Part shown: piece after piece, positions 50,469 through 60,023 of the stretch | Position numbering within the stretch: the first letter of the stretch is position 1 | How the letters are laid out: each line of letters opens with the position of its first letter | Source: Candidatus Roizmanbacteria bacterium RIFOXYC1_FULL_41_16 | GTDB lineage: Bacteria; Patescibacteriota; Microgenomatia; UBA1406 | Direction of reading: 5' to 3' | DNA length: 64,000 nucleotides | NCBI GenBank assembly: GCA_001788295.1 | Contig: MGBO01000021.1 | Coordinates: forward strand, 74,003 to 138,002 | Notes under the pieces: model-generated | The model's input: the letters and a program-made list of their open reading frames with translations, nothing else | Told to the model about the DNA's origin: nothing | The model's database searches: none | Position numbers and translations under genes: made by a program

Positions 50469-51191
50469 TTAAGGATTAAAAAAATAGATAAATTTATTCG
50501 CACTTAAGTATAAACATAATTGCCATTTTTTGGCAAAAAGATTTTTCCAATCGGCTTTGTTGGCCAATAATAAGAGCGGCAGAGAAAGGTCGCGATAGCT
50601 AGCCTCATAACTAACAATGGCAATTGGGCCCAGCGCGGCAATTTTGGCTTGATCCATAATATCCAAATCTTGAGTAATTACTATTCTTGTTTCACAAGTT
50701 TCCAAGCTGATTTGTGAAGGTGAATGAATATAAGAGCAATAGCCACCGAAATTAGTGTCCAAACTGTTTTGCACCGGTATCTCAACGCCGTCACTGACCT
50801 TAAAATACCAGTGGCCTTTGTCTTTTTTCACACAAGTGGCTTTGATGGCAAAAGGAACATTAGTGATCTGGCTGATTGCCAAAGTCAGAGTGCCTTCTTC
50901 GTGGTTAATGCCACGGACTTCGGCACTATGAGGAGCTTTCAAATCTTTGCTTCCCAATAGGCCTTTTTTTTGAGCCAAAAGCTGTCCTTTCTTAACCATC
51001 TCGCCTAAATTGACTTTCAGATGTTTAAAAATGGCTTTGGGTTCAATTGCCAGCTCAACCGCAAGGTCAATTATCGCTTCAGTTTCGGTTTGTTCCTTAA
51101 GACTTTTTTTACCCCAATCAACTACCTCGCCTTCTTTGAATTTGGTCCCTTTAGGCAAAACACTTTCCGGAATTGTGAATGTAAAAGCCAT
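50469..51191 (-). CDS. Hypothetical protein (N-terminal biotinyl/lipoyl-like hybrid motif)
   Basis: 240-aa ORF. GEMVKKGQLLAQ resembles a lipoyl/hybrid-barrel turn. Otherwise unassigned. Confidence 0.3.
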   Translation of the reverse strand: MAFTFTIPESVLPKGTKFKEGEVVDWGKKSLKEQTETEAIIDLAVELAIEPKAIFKHLKVNLGEMVKKGQLLAQKKGLLGSKDLKAPHSAEVRGINHEEGTLTLAISQITNVPFAIKATCVKKDKGHWYFKVSDGVEIPVQNSLDTNFGGYCSYIHSPSQISLETCETRIVITQDLDIMDQAKIAALGPIAIVSYEASYRDLSLPLLLLANKADWKNLFAKKWQLCLYLSANKFIYFFNP

Positions 51192-51232
51192 TCAATCATT
51201 ATATAAAATCTCGATATAATGGCAATTGTGAA

Positions 51233-52000
51233 TTAAACGTACCACCTGTTCGATTTTTGTCTGAGTTCACGTATTTCCTGTTGGGTAAGACGCCTGCTCT
51301 CTTTTAGATTGGCTTCTATTAATTGTACTTCTAAAGCAGAAAGTATTTTTTCTGGAGCCTGATCATTATCTTTGGCTCCTATAGCAGCAATCAGCTTCTC
51401 GACATGCTGATGTATATTAAGCTGCTGACCACTCAGTTTATGGACTAATTTATCCAGTAATGAAAAACCAAATATAGAAACGCCATTCCTCTTAATCGGA
51501 TAAATTAAGTCTGAGTAAATCAAAAAGTCTATACAGTCTGGTCTTAATAAATATTGATTAAGTAACTCAAGTAGTCGTCGTGCAAAATCTTTTAATAATA
51601 AATAATAATTCTCTCTTCTTTCCTTATCACTTGGTTCTTTTTGTTTCTGAATATAATAATCAATATGAGTTAATAAAATGTCTTCTCTTTGGTTTTTCGT
51701 TAGTGATTTTTCTGGCTTACTTAAATCTGACCAGGTAACAGCGGCATGCAAAAAATATTTATCCAAAACCTTTTTGATATGGTCAACACCCAAACAGTTA
51801 TTAATATCTATAATTGTTTGGCTGAAAAGCTCTCTGATTATTTCCATATCCAATGGATCAATCTGGGTAAGTATCTCGGATTTAATAAATCCATTTCTAA
51901 AATAATTTGGTGATAGATAGTAGCCAACTTCACACAGCTTGTAAGTAAGCGCTACAGTATCAATTCGATCTCCTTGTGGTAAAAATTTTTCTGGAAGCAT
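51233..52000 (-). CDS. Hypothetical protein
   Basis: 255-aa soluble ORF, no recognisable motif. Confidence 0.3.
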   Translation of the reverse strand: MLPEKFLPQGDRIDTVALTYKLCEVGYYLSPNYFRNGFIKSEILTQIDPLDMEIIRELFSQTIIDINNCLGVDHIKKVLDKYFLHAAVTWSDLSKPEKSLTKNQREDILLTHIDYYIQKQKEPSDKERRENYYLLLKDFARRLLELLNQYLLRPDCIDFLIYSDLIYPIKRNGVSIFGFSLLDKLVHKLSGQQLNIHQHVEKLIAAIGAKDNDQAPEKILSALEVQLIEANLKESRRLTQQEIRELRQKSNRWYV

Positions 52001-52036
52001 CCAATATTATAGGATATGAAGTTGATAATTACAAGA

Positions 52037-53248
52037 TTAGAGAAGAAAACTGCCGTGCTGATAAATGATTTTGGTTTGACCGTTTTTCAAAATCGCCTCT
52101 ACCCGCCGATCCTGTTTGGCAATAATGTCGGTGTGCTCGGCTGAATCGTTGTAACCAAGTTTATTCCAATCGGCTGTTTTCATGGTTTTGGGATTACCTC
52201 GGAAACAGTCATGATAAGAAGAGCCAAGCGCCAAATGAGTGTTGCCAAACCGGCCGCCGAAATTTTCGTCGTAAAGGGTATTAGCCATAAATTTGTTGAT
52301 TTGGGAAAAGCGCTTGTCCGTAAGCGAAAACTCACCCACCCGATCAGCGTTTTTTTGTTTGATAATCTGCTCAAGCAACGTCTGATTTTTATTGGCCCGA
52401 GCTTTAATCACCTTGCCATTTTTAAATTCCAGATAAATTCCGTCAATGACATTGCCATATCGATAAAGCGGAAAATCAAAATAAATATGGCCATTGGTGC
52501 CGCGCCAATCCGGTGAAGTAAAAATCTCAAAACTAGGAATATTGCGGCCGCTGCCGCCAATCCAGGCGCGTTTGTCACCTAAAACATAAGTTAAATCCGT
52601 ATTTTTGGCCAACACTCTGATTTTGCCTATTGGCAATTGATTGAGTTTAGTAATAATCCGCTTGGTCTGATCAAAAATCTGCTGCCATTTGGCCATCGGC
52701 TCATCTTCATTCAGATAGCAGGCTTTTTTTATCTGTTGCCAATATTGCCCTATTGTCAAACCCGCCTGCTTGGCCATGCCGGCCGTGCCATACAAAGCCA
52801 AAGTCCAGGTGAGCTTGCCCTGATCTTCTTTGTCTGTCAGCCATTGTTTGAGCGGTTTTTTGGCCGCGTTTACCAGTGCAATTTTGGTTGGACTGATTTC
52901 TTTGAGATAAAGCGGATCCTCATCGGCGATCAAATACAGCCGGTGATCAATTGTTTTTACCAGTGCCCGCGAATATTGTTTTGGGAAAAACTGCAGCTGC
53001 GATTTTGAAGCTTGGTGATAAAAAACTTTGTCAAAATCTTCCTCGTGCTGGCGAACTACGGAATGGGCTCCTTTTTCCAAAATTCGCTGATACACCGCCA
53101 TCGCCAAGGGTTTGGCCGGTTGATCATATTGGAGCAAAATGACGTCATTTTTTTTAATTCCCTGTCCAGAACCCAAGGCAAAATCAATCAGTACCTGACT
53201 ATAACGTTTGAGGATTCTAGCACTGGGAAGATAGTCAGCGTTAACCAT
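52037..53248 (-). CDS. M29-family aminopeptidase (AmpS/PepS-like)
   Basis: Overall length and N-terminal region consistent with thermophilic aminopeptidase T-like proteins. Moderate certainty. Confidence 0.5.
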   Translation of the reverse strand: MVNADYLPSARILKRYSQVLIDFALGSGQGIKKNDVILLQYDQPAKPLAMAVYQRILEKGAHSVVRQHEEDFDKVFYHQASKSQLQFFPKQYSRALVKTIDHRLYLIADEDPLYLKEISPTKIALVNAAKKPLKQWLTDKEDQGKLTWTLALYGTAGMAKQAGLTIGQYWQQIKKACYLNEDEPMAKWQQIFDQTKRIITKLNQLPIGKIRVLAKNTDLTYVLGDKRAWIGGSGRNIPSFEIFTSPDWRGTNGHIYFDFPLYRYGNVIDGIYLEFKNGKVIKARANKNQTLLEQIIKQKNADRVGEFSLTDKRFSQINKFMANTLYDENFGGRFGNTHLALGSSYHDCFRGNPKTMKTADWNKLGYNDSAEHTDIIAKQDRRVEAILKNGQTKIIYQHGSFLL

Positions 53249-54252
53249 TACTGGAGAATTAGATACTCGTCAATCGAATAATCACCCTTAGTGCCGGAGA
53301 GAATAGCGAAAATCCGTTGCCCAATCGCCAGCTTAGAAAAACCGGCCTTTTCAATTTTTTGTGATTTGAGATTATAAAGATTTTGAATGGTAGACAGCTG
53401 AATATCGGCGCCGAATGAACTCTTGTCAAAATCAATAATCGTCACTTCGTAATTGTCCTCATCAATATTGGAAACTTTACCGGCGGCAACAGTGAGGGCC
53501 GGCTCCTGATAAACAGTGTAACTAATCTGATCGCCACCAATGTCACTGACAAAAGCAGTAACCCGCTCGCCTTTTTGTAGATCGGCAAAAGAAATTGTTT
53601 CCAAATCATAACCGCTAACGTTAAAAAAGTTGGTGATTTCCGGCTCCACCGTGACTTTGATTGAGTCTGTGCCAATTCCCAGGGTCAAACTCTTTTCCCC
53701 AATGGCCTTGATTGGGCCGCTAATCACTCGCTTAGGATTATTACGCAGTTGCAATACTTTTTCCTCTAATTTTTGTTTTAAAACATCGGCTTCATCCGTT
53801 GCCTCTGACTGGTCCGAGCTAACATCAATATTTTGAGTCTGCAAATAGTAAAGTTTCAAGACTTTAAGCTGCTCTTTTTCGCCGTTAAGTTCAAATAAGG
53901 CAATTTCGTTAAGGCCGGGTTTGAGCTGTAATTCTTGTTTAAACTGATTACCACGGATTGTGATCGGTCGAATTTCAAGTTGATCGGCGATCAGCAAATT
54001 GCTGTTTTTATCTGCCTGACCTTGAATAACAAGAATCTTGTTGGTTAAAAGTGCGCCGTTAACCGGTAATTTATCAAATTGAGCCAATTTAGTCGATTTG
54101 TCAGTTGTGCGGGGAGTGAGGTTGGCCGTATTAAAAGTCTGTGGCTTATTAGAAGGGCCCTTAGGAATGGTTCTGAAATTACTGAAATAAATCGCTCCAA
54201 ATAATCCAAGCGCTACACCAATAATAATTGCCACAATCGCTTCTTTATTCAT
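53248..54252 (-). CDS. Signal-anchored extracytoplasmic hypothetical protein
   Basis: N-terminal TM helix, then a Thr/Asn/Lys-rich linker and a beta-rich domain. Stop overlaps the start of the upstream gene at 53248. Confidence 0.35.
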   Translation of the reverse strand: MNKEAIVAIIIGVALGLFGAIYFSNFRTIPKGPSNKPQTFNTANLTPRTTDKSTKLAQFDKLPVNGALLTNKILVIQGQADKNSNLLIADQLEIRPITIRGNQFKQELQLKPGLNEIALFELNGEKEQLKVLKLYYLQTQNIDVSSDQSEATDEADVLKQKLEEKVLQLRNNPKRVISGPIKAIGEKSLTLGIGTDSIKVTVEPEITNFFNVSGYDLETISFADLQKGERVTAFVSDIGGDQISYTVYQEPALTVAAGKVSNIDEDNYEVTIIDFDKSSFGADIQLSTIQNLYNLKSQKIEKAGFSKLAIGQRIFAILSGTKGDYSIDEYLILQ

Positions 54253-54278
54253 TGCAATAGGTATTATACCATTCTAAG

Positions 54279-55628
54279 TCAGATTTGTTTCAGGTTTTGG
54301 ATAGTGGCAACCTGCCCGGCCGAATAAATTTTGGTAAAACCCAAACGCTTGGCTTCTTTGGTAATTAAAGCCAAAGTGTTGGTTTTGCGGACATTGCCCA
54401 GCAGTCCCAGCTCGCCAATGAAAAGATGTTTGGGATCAAAGGCTTTGGCGGTCAGGCTAGAATAGAGTGCTACCGCCACTCCCAGATCAGCCAAAGTGTC
54501 TTTTATTTTTAAACCGCCTGAAACATTAACATAGATGTCAAATTTATCAACGGCCAGCCTAAGATATTTTTTAAGAATCGCCAAAATCAATTCCAGCCGT
54601 TTTTGATCCACACCCTTGGCCACTCTCTTTGGAAAAGCCAATGAAGAGGACACCACCAACGTTTCCACGGTTGCAAAAACCACCCGAACCCCTTGCCGAA
54701 CTGCCACCGACGCTTTACCCACGGCTTTGTCTGCCCACTCGAGGAAAAATTCGCTCGGATTAAGAACCTCGGCCATACCGGTTTGGGTCATTTCAAAAAA
54801 ACCCACCTCCTCAGTTGGTCCAAAACGATTCTTGAATGATCGCAAAATTCTAAGATTGCTGGTTTGTTCACCTTCCAGAAATAAGACACAGTCAACCATG
54901 TGTTCCAAAAATTTCGGCCCGGCAATCTCCCCTTCTTTGGTAATGTGACCAATCACCAAAGACGTCAGTTTATTTTGCTTACTGAAATTGACGATTTTTA
55001 ACAGCACTTCTTTGGCTTGACTCACCGAACCGGGCAAGCCCGGACTGTTGGCAGCAAACAGACCCTGAAGCGAATCAAATACCAATAAATTAATTTTGTT
55101 TTTGGCAATCAAAGCCGAAAGGCCTTCTAGAATACTGTCGATGTCTTTTTGGGAAGAAAAAAAAATGCTGTCGGTTTTGATATTAAGGCGTCGGCAGCGG
55201 CCCTCCACTTGATGGCCAGCCTCCTCTGACGAAATATAAGCGACCTTATTGTCACTGGCAAGCGCTTGTTTGGAAAGCACGGTGATTAATAATGTGCTCT
55301 TGCCTACTCCGGGCTCGCCGCTCAAAAGAATAACCTCGTCGCGAACAAACCCACCGCCCAGCACCCGATCTAGTTCGGCTAAACCCGAACTCAGGCGGCT
55401 GCTGTCTGGGGTATTTTTGGCAAACTGTTTGAGTTGCGCAAACTCCGCCTTCCCCGACGTTGTTCCATTTGTTCCATTTCGGGAATGGAACGGATTGATA
55501 GAAGGCTCTTTAAACTCTTTTAAAGTATTCCATTCCTGGCATTCCGGGCACTTACCAAACCAGGAAGCAAATGATGAGCCGCAATTGTCACATACAAATG
55601 ACGTGCTCGCTTTTTTGCCGACTTTCAT
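54279..55628 (-). CDS. radA: DNA repair protein RadA (Sms)
   Basis: N-terminal C4 zinc finger CDNCGSSFASWFGKCPECQEWNT, RecA-like Walker A GEPGVGKSTLL, Lon-like C-terminal domain. Confidence 0.85.
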   Translation of the reverse strand: MKVGKKASTSFVCDNCGSSFASWFGKCPECQEWNTLKEFKEPSINPFHSRNGTNGTTSGKAEFAQLKQFAKNTPDSSRLSSGLAELDRVLGGGFVRDEVILLSGEPGVGKSTLLITVLSKQALASDNKVAYISSEEAGHQVEGRCRRLNIKTDSIFFSSQKDIDSILEGLSALIAKNKINLLVFDSLQGLFAANSPGLPGSVSQAKEVLLKIVNFSKQNKLTSLVIGHITKEGEIAGPKFLEHMVDCVLFLEGEQTSNLRILRSFKNRFGPTEEVGFFEMTQTGMAEVLNPSEFFLEWADKAVGKASVAVRQGVRVVFATVETLVVSSSLAFPKRVAKGVDQKRLELILAILKKYLRLAVDKFDIYVNVSGGLKIKDTLADLGVAVALYSSLTAKAFDPKHLFIGELGLLGNVRKTNTLALITKEAKRLGFTKIYSAGQVATIQNLKQI

Positions 55629-55744
55629 CTTAGGGGTTATTTTAGCAAAAATGAAAAGCCGTATGTATGATTAAAATTGCTGTGGTACCCTGGAGAAAGG
55701 GCACCACAGCCTAAGTTCTTCTACTCCTTTTCGGGAGGAGAAGA

Positions 55745-55975
55745 TTAACGACGCATGGGGATGTTCATAAGATTCATAACAATCCCCAAGACAAACCCCC
55801 ATAAAGGGGCCGTCCAGAGGAAGCCTAAGGTCTCGGATCCTGTCAGGATCCAAGACACAATGAGCAAGGCTGCGAGCCACACGAGTGCGGCGGCACAGCC
55901 ATTACGTGAGTCGCCTATATATCTGGTTATCAAGGCGATAACCAGTATAGAAGCGACCTCCAACAACCAGTTCAT
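55745..55975 (-). CDS. Small (76 aa) two-TM membrane protein
   Basis: ATG preceded by AAGGAGG at -7 to -13. Two hydrophobic helices (ILVIALITRYI…; ALVWLAALLIVSWIL…GFVLGIVMNLM). Confidence 0.5.
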   Translation of the reverse strand: MNWLLEVASILVIALITRYIGDSRNGCAAALVWLAALLIVSWILTGSETLGFLWTAPLWGFVLGIVMNLMNIPMRR

Positions 55976-56127
55976 TTTTGCCTCCTTTCTTTCCGCCCAC
56001 CTGAATGGAGCAGAATATTCCCTCCTCCATAGTCATGAGAACTATGGGATCATGGGGATTTTTCCCAGACCATATCAGGGACTCGAGCTTTCTCCCGCTC
56101 GAATATGATATTCTGGGAAGGTTGTTC

Positions 56128-56180
56128 CAGAAAGAACTAAGGCCGGGATTATCATTCCGGCTTTAGTTCTTTCTGAAAAC
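56128..56180. other. Long perfect-stem hairpin (19-bp stem with one G·U, 10-nt loop)
   Basis: CAGAAAGAACTAAGGCCGG-gattatcatt-CCGGCTTTAGTTCTTTCTG. Lies downstream of the CBS gene and inside the inverted-repeat-bounded segment. No U-tract follows on either strand. Confidence 0.4.
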
Positions 56181-56303
56181 AGAAAGCTCTACATACATAC
56201 GGCTTATTAAAGAACTATAAACTTGGCTTTTTGGCAGCAAATGCCAATCGCTAGTTTAATAGACAGATAATTATACTATAGGATTGTCTAGAAAGCAAGT
56301 TAG

Positions 56304-57158
56304 TTAATTGGCGGAGCGAGTGGATCTTTTGGAGTTGGATTTAAACAAGTATCTTAACAAATCGCTGGTGGTAATTATGTTCAGGGGTTGAAAGCGATTT
56401 TTCATCACAATCACACTGCCGATCTCTTTATCCAAAATCAATTTAATAACTTCACTGATCTTCTGCTCTGGTGCCACCTGAATGGTAACGGTTTTAAGAA
56501 CGTGTTTGATTGTGTATTTGGCCAATTGATTCACCGGCTCTCCCCGATCAAAAAAGCCCATCCGCTCCTTGGGCTCATTAAACAAAGGCAACAGATCAAA
56601 CAATGAAACAATGCCTTGCAGATTGTTCTCCTGATTGACAATCACAATTTTTGAAAGCTTGGAGCGCTGAAAAAACCGCAACACTTCTTCAAAACTACTG
56701 TTTAGATTAATGCTTTGTAAATGGTGTTTGTTATCGACTAAGTCGCTTACTGCTCTGGTTGCCTTGGCATTGTTTAACTGAGAGCGCAGCACTCGTCTGG
56801 CCGTCACTATTCCTAGCATTTGGTTAGCCGAATCCAACACCGGCAAGTAATGAACCTTAGATTCCAGCATCAAGCGGGCAATTTCTTCAATCTTGGTGTC
56901 TAAATTTAATTTAGGTGGCGAAAAAAGACACTTTTTAAGTTTGGCAGACACAGGATAGTTCCGTTTGGTTAAGGTAAAATACGAATTAATCAAACCCAGA
57001 TATTGTCCCTGCTCAGTTACCATGACAGCGTCGTGGCTGCTTTTGAATTTGCTAATTGCTTCAGCCAGCTTGTCGTCGGGAGAGAGAGAAATAATTCCTT
57101 GAGTTTTTAAAATGTCTTTGGCAGTTATACCTCTGTTCGGTTGAGATTTAGCTTTCAT
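56304..57158 (-). CDS. CBS-domain protein (two CBS pairs)
   Basis: Four CBS-like repeats (…GIISLSPDDKLAEAI…, …VHYLPVLDS…). Confidence 0.65.
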   Translation of the reverse strand: MKAKSQPNRGITAKDILKTQGIISLSPDDKLAEAISKFKSSHDAVMVTEQGQYLGLINSYFTLTKRNYPVSAKLKKCLFSPPKLNLDTKIEEIARLMLESKVHYLPVLDSANQMLGIVTARRVLRSQLNNAKATRAVSDLVDNKHHLQSINLNSSFEEVLRFFQRSKLSKIVIVNQENNLQGIVSLFDLLPLFNEPKERMGFFDRGEPVNQLAKYTIKHVLKTVTIQVAPEQKISEVIKLILDKEIGSVIVMKNRFQPLNIITTSDLLRYLFKSNSKRSTRSAN

Positions 57159-57354
57159 AAACTACATAAGGTAGCAGTGCTAATACCCTTGCTTTTTTGA
57201 TTTCCAAAGCCAGCTTTCGCTGGTGTTTGGAACAGATTCCGGAGCGTTCGCGAGACACAATTTTGCCGCGAACAGTCAGATATTTTTTAAGATGTTCGTA
57301 ATCTTTATAACTAGGATTGGCTTTGCCTCGGCAATAAAAACAATGGTTAATCAT
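57148..57354 (-). CDS. rpsR: 30S ribosomal protein S18
   Basis: …YLTVRGKIVSRERSGICSKHQRKLALEIKKARVLALLPY matches the S18 core. Confidence 0.85.
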   Translation of the reverse strand: MINHCFYCRGKANPSYKDYEHLKKYLTVRGKIVSRERSGICSKHQRKLALEIKKARVLALLPYVVYES

Positions 57355-57356
57355 TT

Positions 57357-57884
57357 TTAAAAAGGAATCTCATCCTCAGAAACTTCTTCATTATCCGAAG
57401 CCTCAGGTTCTGGAGCCGCCTCTTTGATTGGCTTTTCGGCTTTAGCTGGTTTTTCAATTTTTTTCTTAACCGGTTTGTCTTTGTCTACTACTACTTCCTC
57501 AACAGGGACTTCACTGTTTTCTTCACCGCTTGCTTTGGCGCCGGTAGACTTACCCGACAAGACAATCATGTTGTCCATCACGATCTCGGTGATATTACGT
57601 TGCACGCCGTCTTTGCCTTCAAAGCTGCGATAGACAATGCGGCCCTCAACATAAACCTTACTGCCCTTAACCAATAGCTGACTGCAAAGTTCGGCCAGCT
57701 TGCTCCAGGCAATAATGCGATGGTATTGGACTTCTTCTTTACGTTCGCCTTGAGCGGTAGTCCAGTCACGGTTAGTGGCCAAGCCAAATTGGGAAACAGC
57801 CGTGCCTTGGGGAGTGTAACGCAGTTCAGGATCACGGGTCAAATTACCAATTAAAGTAACTTTGTTAAGACTTCTGGAAGCCAT
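57357..57884 (-). CDS. ssb: Single-stranded DNA-binding protein
   Basis: OB-fold N-terminus LNKVTLIGNLTRDPELRYT, acidic tail ending DEIPF. Confidence 0.85.
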   Translation of the reverse strand: MASRSLNKVTLIGNLTRDPELRYTPQGTAVSQFGLATNRDWTTAQGERKEEVQYHRIIAWSKLAELCSQLLVKGSKVYVEGRIVYRSFEGKDGVQRNITEIVMDNMIVLSGKSTGAKASGEENSEVPVEEVVVDKDKPVKKKIEKPAKAEKPIKEAAPEPEASDNEEVSEDEIPF

Positions 57885-57885
57885 A

Positions 57886-58191
57886 TTACTTGGTTTTTTC
57901 AGCCGGAGCTGGAATTTTTAATAGCATATAGCGCAAGAGTTTGGTTTCAAAGTTAAACAAACGGTGGAGCTCTTTAATTTTGGCCTGATCAATAGCAATC
58001 TGCCAAAATAAATACTGGCCAAGATTGGTTTTCTTGATTGGATACGCCATTTTTTTTACTCCCCAATCCTCTTCTTTTAAGAGTTTGGCTTTCACAGTCG
58101 TTAAGATTTTATTGAGGTTGGATCTCAGGCTTGAGAGAGCTGACTTCTCGAGATTTCCTGGCAAAACCAACACTAATTCGTAATTTACCAT
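57886..58191 (-). CDS. rpsF: 30S ribosomal protein S6
   Basis: MVNYELVLVL…EDWGVKKMAYPI S6 signature. Canonical rpsF-ssb-rpsR order. Confidence 0.85.
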   Translation of the reverse strand: MVNYELVLVLPGNLEKSALSSLRSNLNKILTTVKAKLLKEEDWGVKKMAYPIKKTNLGQYLFWQIAIDQAKIKELHRLFNFETKLLRYMLLKIPAPAEKTK

Positions 58192-58240
58192 ACTTGAACT
58201 CTAGTTTAGCACAGTGTTTTTGGGTTTGCAATTACCAAAA

Positions 58241-59215
58241 TCAAAAATGAATAAAAGTCTCGGCAAGGAAGAACAGAAAATAAGCGCCCAACAATACTAC
58301 CGCTTCCCAGCGATCAAAACGTTTGCGGCTTTGTGAAAAAAGGATAAATAAAGCAAACATTCCCACTAGCGCAACCAGTGACAATAGGTATTCTGGAAAA
58401 ATTTCAATCCGGTAATCAGCGATAAGGCCGGTTGTACCAATAATTAAATTGGCGTTGGCAATTAACGAACCAAAAATATCGCCGTACAGCACATTAAACT
58501 CTCTCTTTCTAATTGAGTTAAGAGAAACAAACAGTTCAGGAAAACTGGTGCCTGGTGCCAAAATAAAAACGGCAATCAAAAAAGGCCGAACCGATAAACT
58601 TTCGGCCAAAAAAATGGCTGACTTGAGCAGAAAATGCGAACTGACAACCAAAACGACGACTGCCAAAAACAGAGTCAAAAGCGCCTGCTTAATGTGACCC
58701 TTACGAAACGATTTTTCCAAACGGACAAAAAAACTACGCAGCCCTTGCTGTTGCTTGGGGCGCTTATTAAACAGATACAAAGAATAGGTAGCAAACAAAA
58801 AGATTAAGAATAAACCGTCGATCCGGGACAGATGCCCGTCCAAAATCAGCAAAAACGGGAACAAAGAAGCAGTCAGCAAAAAAAAGATCGTGTTTAGACT
58901 AAAGTCTTCTTTATGGACAATCAGCTTGGAAGTCGTCAGCAAAATAGCCATGGGAAAGATCAACCCCAGATTAGAAATACTGGAACCGATGGAATTGCCA
59001 AAAGCGATGTTTGGCACTCCCTCCAAAGAAGAAGTGATGCCAATAAACAATTCAGGCAAAGCGCAAAACGCGCCGGCAAAAATGCTTGCCAAAAAAAATT
59101 TACTCAAAATACCGTCGTCGGCAATCGCTTTGATTGATTGAATCAGCCATTCCGAGGCTTTATACATCACAAAACACAACATCAATATCACAATGACATT
59201 CAAAAAGATCAGCAT
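58241..59215 (-). CDS. Ca2+/cation antiporter (CaCA family, YrbG-like)
   Basis: Two alpha-repeat signatures, GNSIGSSISNL and GDIFGSLIANANL. Confidence 0.7.
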   Translation of the reverse strand: MLIFLNVIVILMLCFVMYKASEWLIQSIKAIADDGILSKFFLASIFAGAFCALPELFIGITSSLEGVPNIAFGNSIGSSISNLGLIFPMAILLTTSKLIVHKEDFSLNTIFFLLTASLFPFLLILDGHLSRIDGLFLIFLFATYSLYLFNKRPKQQQGLRSFFVRLEKSFRKGHIKQALLTLFLAVVVLVVSSHFLLKSAIFLAESLSVRPFLIAVFILAPGTSFPELFVSLNSIRKREFNVLYGDIFGSLIANANLIIGTTGLIADYRIEIFPEYLLSLVALVGMFALFILFSQSRKRFDRWEAVVLLGAYFLFFLAETFIHF

Positions 59216-59261
59216 ACTATCAGCATAGTATATCGCCTGGTTTTTGCAACCTCAGTTCGTG

Positions 59262-60023
59262 CTAAAAGGGCAGTTTTTTCTCAAAATCATCCGGGAAAAA
59301 CCAAAGCTGAGTATCGGTAACTATCTCTTGAGTCCGGTGCCGATTGATCAAAAATAGTTGCCAACGTCTAAGGAGTTTCTCCATCCCCCTCGCCCCAACA
59401 AAGGGTTCCACCCTTTTTACTCTAGGATAGTTTGGCATTGGCGCTTGAGGAAATAATTCAGAAACCCATAAATTAGCTAAAAGTAGCTCTTCATAAGTTT
59501 CGTCTTTATTAACGATGGTTTTCAACTGCAAAATTTCGTGAGCCACGTATTGAGTCTGTTTACGCTTGGGAATTTTCAGATTGGCCTCGCTAAAAAATAG
59601 GTTGAGACATAATTTATTGCGGTAATTTTTGTCCTTTGGTTTTCGGCGAACCCCCAAAACCAAGGTAATTATAATCAGCCAAAATCGGGCCGTCCATAAT
59701 TTGTTTGCTTTGGTAATTACAAAAAGATCGATGTCATCCTTTGGCTGAGCGTTCAACATTGAAACAGTGCCGGAAATCCCCAGATATTTGATCCAGGGCA
59801 AGCCGCCCAAAAATTTGAGCAGATGTATTTTCTGCTGAATTTTATTTCGGCTGATAGTTTGGCGTTTTAAGGTCCCGGCCAAAAGATACCGATTAGCTTT
59901 ACTCACTACCCTGCCCTTGATGATTTGATACCCTGCAGGCAATTTTTTGGATTGGGAAAATCGCCGATACTCTCTTAAAGTCGGTACATACCTAAAAAAG
60001 GCAAAATATGTCAGCGGATTCAT
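59262..60023 (-). CDS. Hypothetical protein, possible nucleotidyltransferase-fold domain
   Basis: GISGTVSMLNAQPKDDIDLFV resembles the GS…DxD minimal nucleotidyltransferase motif. Weak. Confidence 0.3.
   Translation of the reverse strand: MNPLTYFAFFRYVPTLREYRRFSQSKKLPAGYQIIKGRVVSKANRYLLAGTLKRQTISRNKIQQKIHLLKFLGGLPWIKYLGISGTVSMLNAQPKDDIDLFVITKANKLWTARFWLIIITLVLGVRRKPKDKNYRNKLCLNLFFSEANLKIPKRKQTQYVAHEILQLKTIVNKDETYEELLLANLWVSELFPQAPMPNYPRVKRVEPFVGARGMEKLLRRWQLFLINRHRTQEIVTDTQLWFFPDDFEKKLPF

Larger units (their letters stand above)
55656..56205. repeat. Pair of perfect 14-bp inverted repeats (AAGCCGTATGTATG / CATACATACGGCTT) bounding a GC-richer segment of about 550 bp
   Basis: Left copy at 55656-55669, right copy at 56192-56205 in inverted orientation. 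The enclosed sequence has visibly higher GC than its flanks and carries one small gene plus two strong hairpins. Confidence 0.4.

Noticed and set aside
55755-56108. 117-aa plus-strand ORF
   Set aside because: Antisense to the small 2-TM gene that has a strong RBS. No RBS of its own and low-complexity composition.
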